64,000 nt of DNA, from the NCBI GenBank assembly GCA_012519025.1, contig JAAYQZ010000032.1, positions 7-64,006 on the forward strand, in the 5' to 3' direction. This document shows, piece after piece, positions 63,458 to 64,000 of this stretch. The DNA is from Bacillota bacterium (GTDB taxonomy: Bacteria; Bacillota; Limnochordia; DTU087). The notes beneath the pieces are model-generated. The model made no database searches. It had not been told where the DNA came from and saw only the letters and a program-made list of their open reading frames with translations. The number at the start of each line of letters is the position of its first letter. Position 1 is the first letter of the stretch. A program made the position numbers and the translations under genes.

Positions 63458-63943
63458 CTAAGCTTGGCCGTGATTGCACTTGTATTTCCTCCAAGTATTC
63501 TCGTCCAATAAGATGAATCCTGCTTCCATAAGCAGGGCGGCTGTAACACCCGGGCCGTTTGTCAGCTTACCTTGGAAAGTCCCATCATAAATTTGAGCAA
63601 TCCCACAAGAAGGACTGCGGGCCTTTAATATCGCCCCAACCGTCTGCCATGCTTCAGCAAGTTTGAGAGTTTCCTCTGCTCCTTTAATGAAGTTTCCAGT
63701 CACATCCTGCCCGGCTTTATTGATCACCCTACAAACCCCCGCCAGCACCTCATGCCCGCTGCCGCCGACAATTTCAGAAGGTGCCCTTGGTGTTTCGAGC
63801 CCACCGAGTTGTTCGGGACAAACGGGGATTGCTATACCTGTTTGAACCAATTCTATGATATCGGGATCCAGGCTGTTTTCGCCATCATAGCGGGTGTTTG
63901 CCCCGACTAAACAAGCACTGACCAAAAATGTAGGTTTCACCAA
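63458..63943 (-). CDS. DUF523 (TudS-like Fe-S) family protein
   Basis: SACLVGANTRYDG and CPEQLGGLETPR Cys motifs typical of DUF523. About 160 aa. Confidence 0.7.
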   Translation of the reverse strand: MVKPTFLVSACLVGANTRYDGENSLDPDIIELVQTGIAIPVCPEQLGGLETPRAPSEIVGGSGHEVLAGVCRVINKAGQDVTGNFIKGAEETLKLAEAWQTVGAILKARSPSCGIAQIYDGTFQGKLTNGPGVTAALLMEAGFILLDENTWRKYKCNHGQA

Positions 63944-64000
63944 ATGTCACTTCCTTTCGGATTTCCGCAAGACAATTCTTTACTATCATTGTAGGACAAA

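Noticed and set aside
1-64000. Search for CRISPR arrays, tRNA/rRNA genes, IS elements, integrases and long direct or inverted repeats
   Set aside because: No intergenic gap exceeds ~290 nt, and none shows cloverleaf-like or repeat-spacer periodicity. No transposase, integrase or recombinase motifs appear in any ORF. The paralog pairs (PduS-like x2, PduT-like x3, EutN x3) have diverged at the nucleotide level, so they are not recent repeats.

Overview
The window looks like a chromosomal segment from an anaerobic, spore-forming Firmicute (Clostridia / Peptococcaceae-like). Supporting signs are a cwlD-type amidase, frequent GTG/TTG starts behind strong GGAGG ribosome-binding sites, and a sigma-D-type promoter. 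About 60 genes are densely packed on both strands. I found no rRNA, tRNA, CRISPR array, transposase or prophage. All product calls rest on motifs read by eye in the supplied translations; no database search was possible.

Layout:
- 0.5-4.8 kb: SbcD/SbcC-like (YhaO/YhaN-type) nuclease-ATPase pair.
- 4.8-15 kb: accessory carbohydrate region. It holds a URO-D-like protein, a HAD hydrolase, a PTS-EIIC::EAL fusion, a decayed MATE gene, a Gfo/Idh/MocA oxidoreductase, a ROK regulator, a TIM-barrel isomerase and a leaderless Cys-type sulfatase.
- 15-22.4 kb: CDF transporter, GlpA-like/DUF1667 flavoenzyme trio, cwlD, a fused double Lrp/AsnC regulator and murB.
- 22.7-34.0 kb: 14-gene bacterial microcompartment (BMC) operon.
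- 34-40.8 kb: ABC exporter pair, a glycosidase-like protein, a lipid kinase and a small secreted protein.
- 41-49.4 kb: cheW-fliM-fliY-cheA-cheY-cheC-cheD-cheB-cheR operon.
- 49.2-56.9 kb: quinone / flavin-transferase cluster.
- 57-64 kb: IDH-family dehydrogenase, an ATPase-less ABC importer, a Zn-ADH, an HD protein and a DUF523 protein.

Two systems deserve most attention:
1. The BMC operon has a class II aldolase as its signature enzyme, three PduT-like Fe-S shell paralogs, two PduS/RnfC-like flavoproteins, no alcohol dehydrogenase, and a terminal GH29 fucosidase.
2. An NDH-2::DoxX-like fusion carries ApbE-type flavinylation motifs (one perfect DGTSGAT) in a predicted extracytoplasmic loop. 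It lies divergent from a ubiD-ubiA-apbE-NusG_II-Gx-polyprenyl synthase operon. The arrangement resembles Gram-positive flavin-based extracellular electron transfer.
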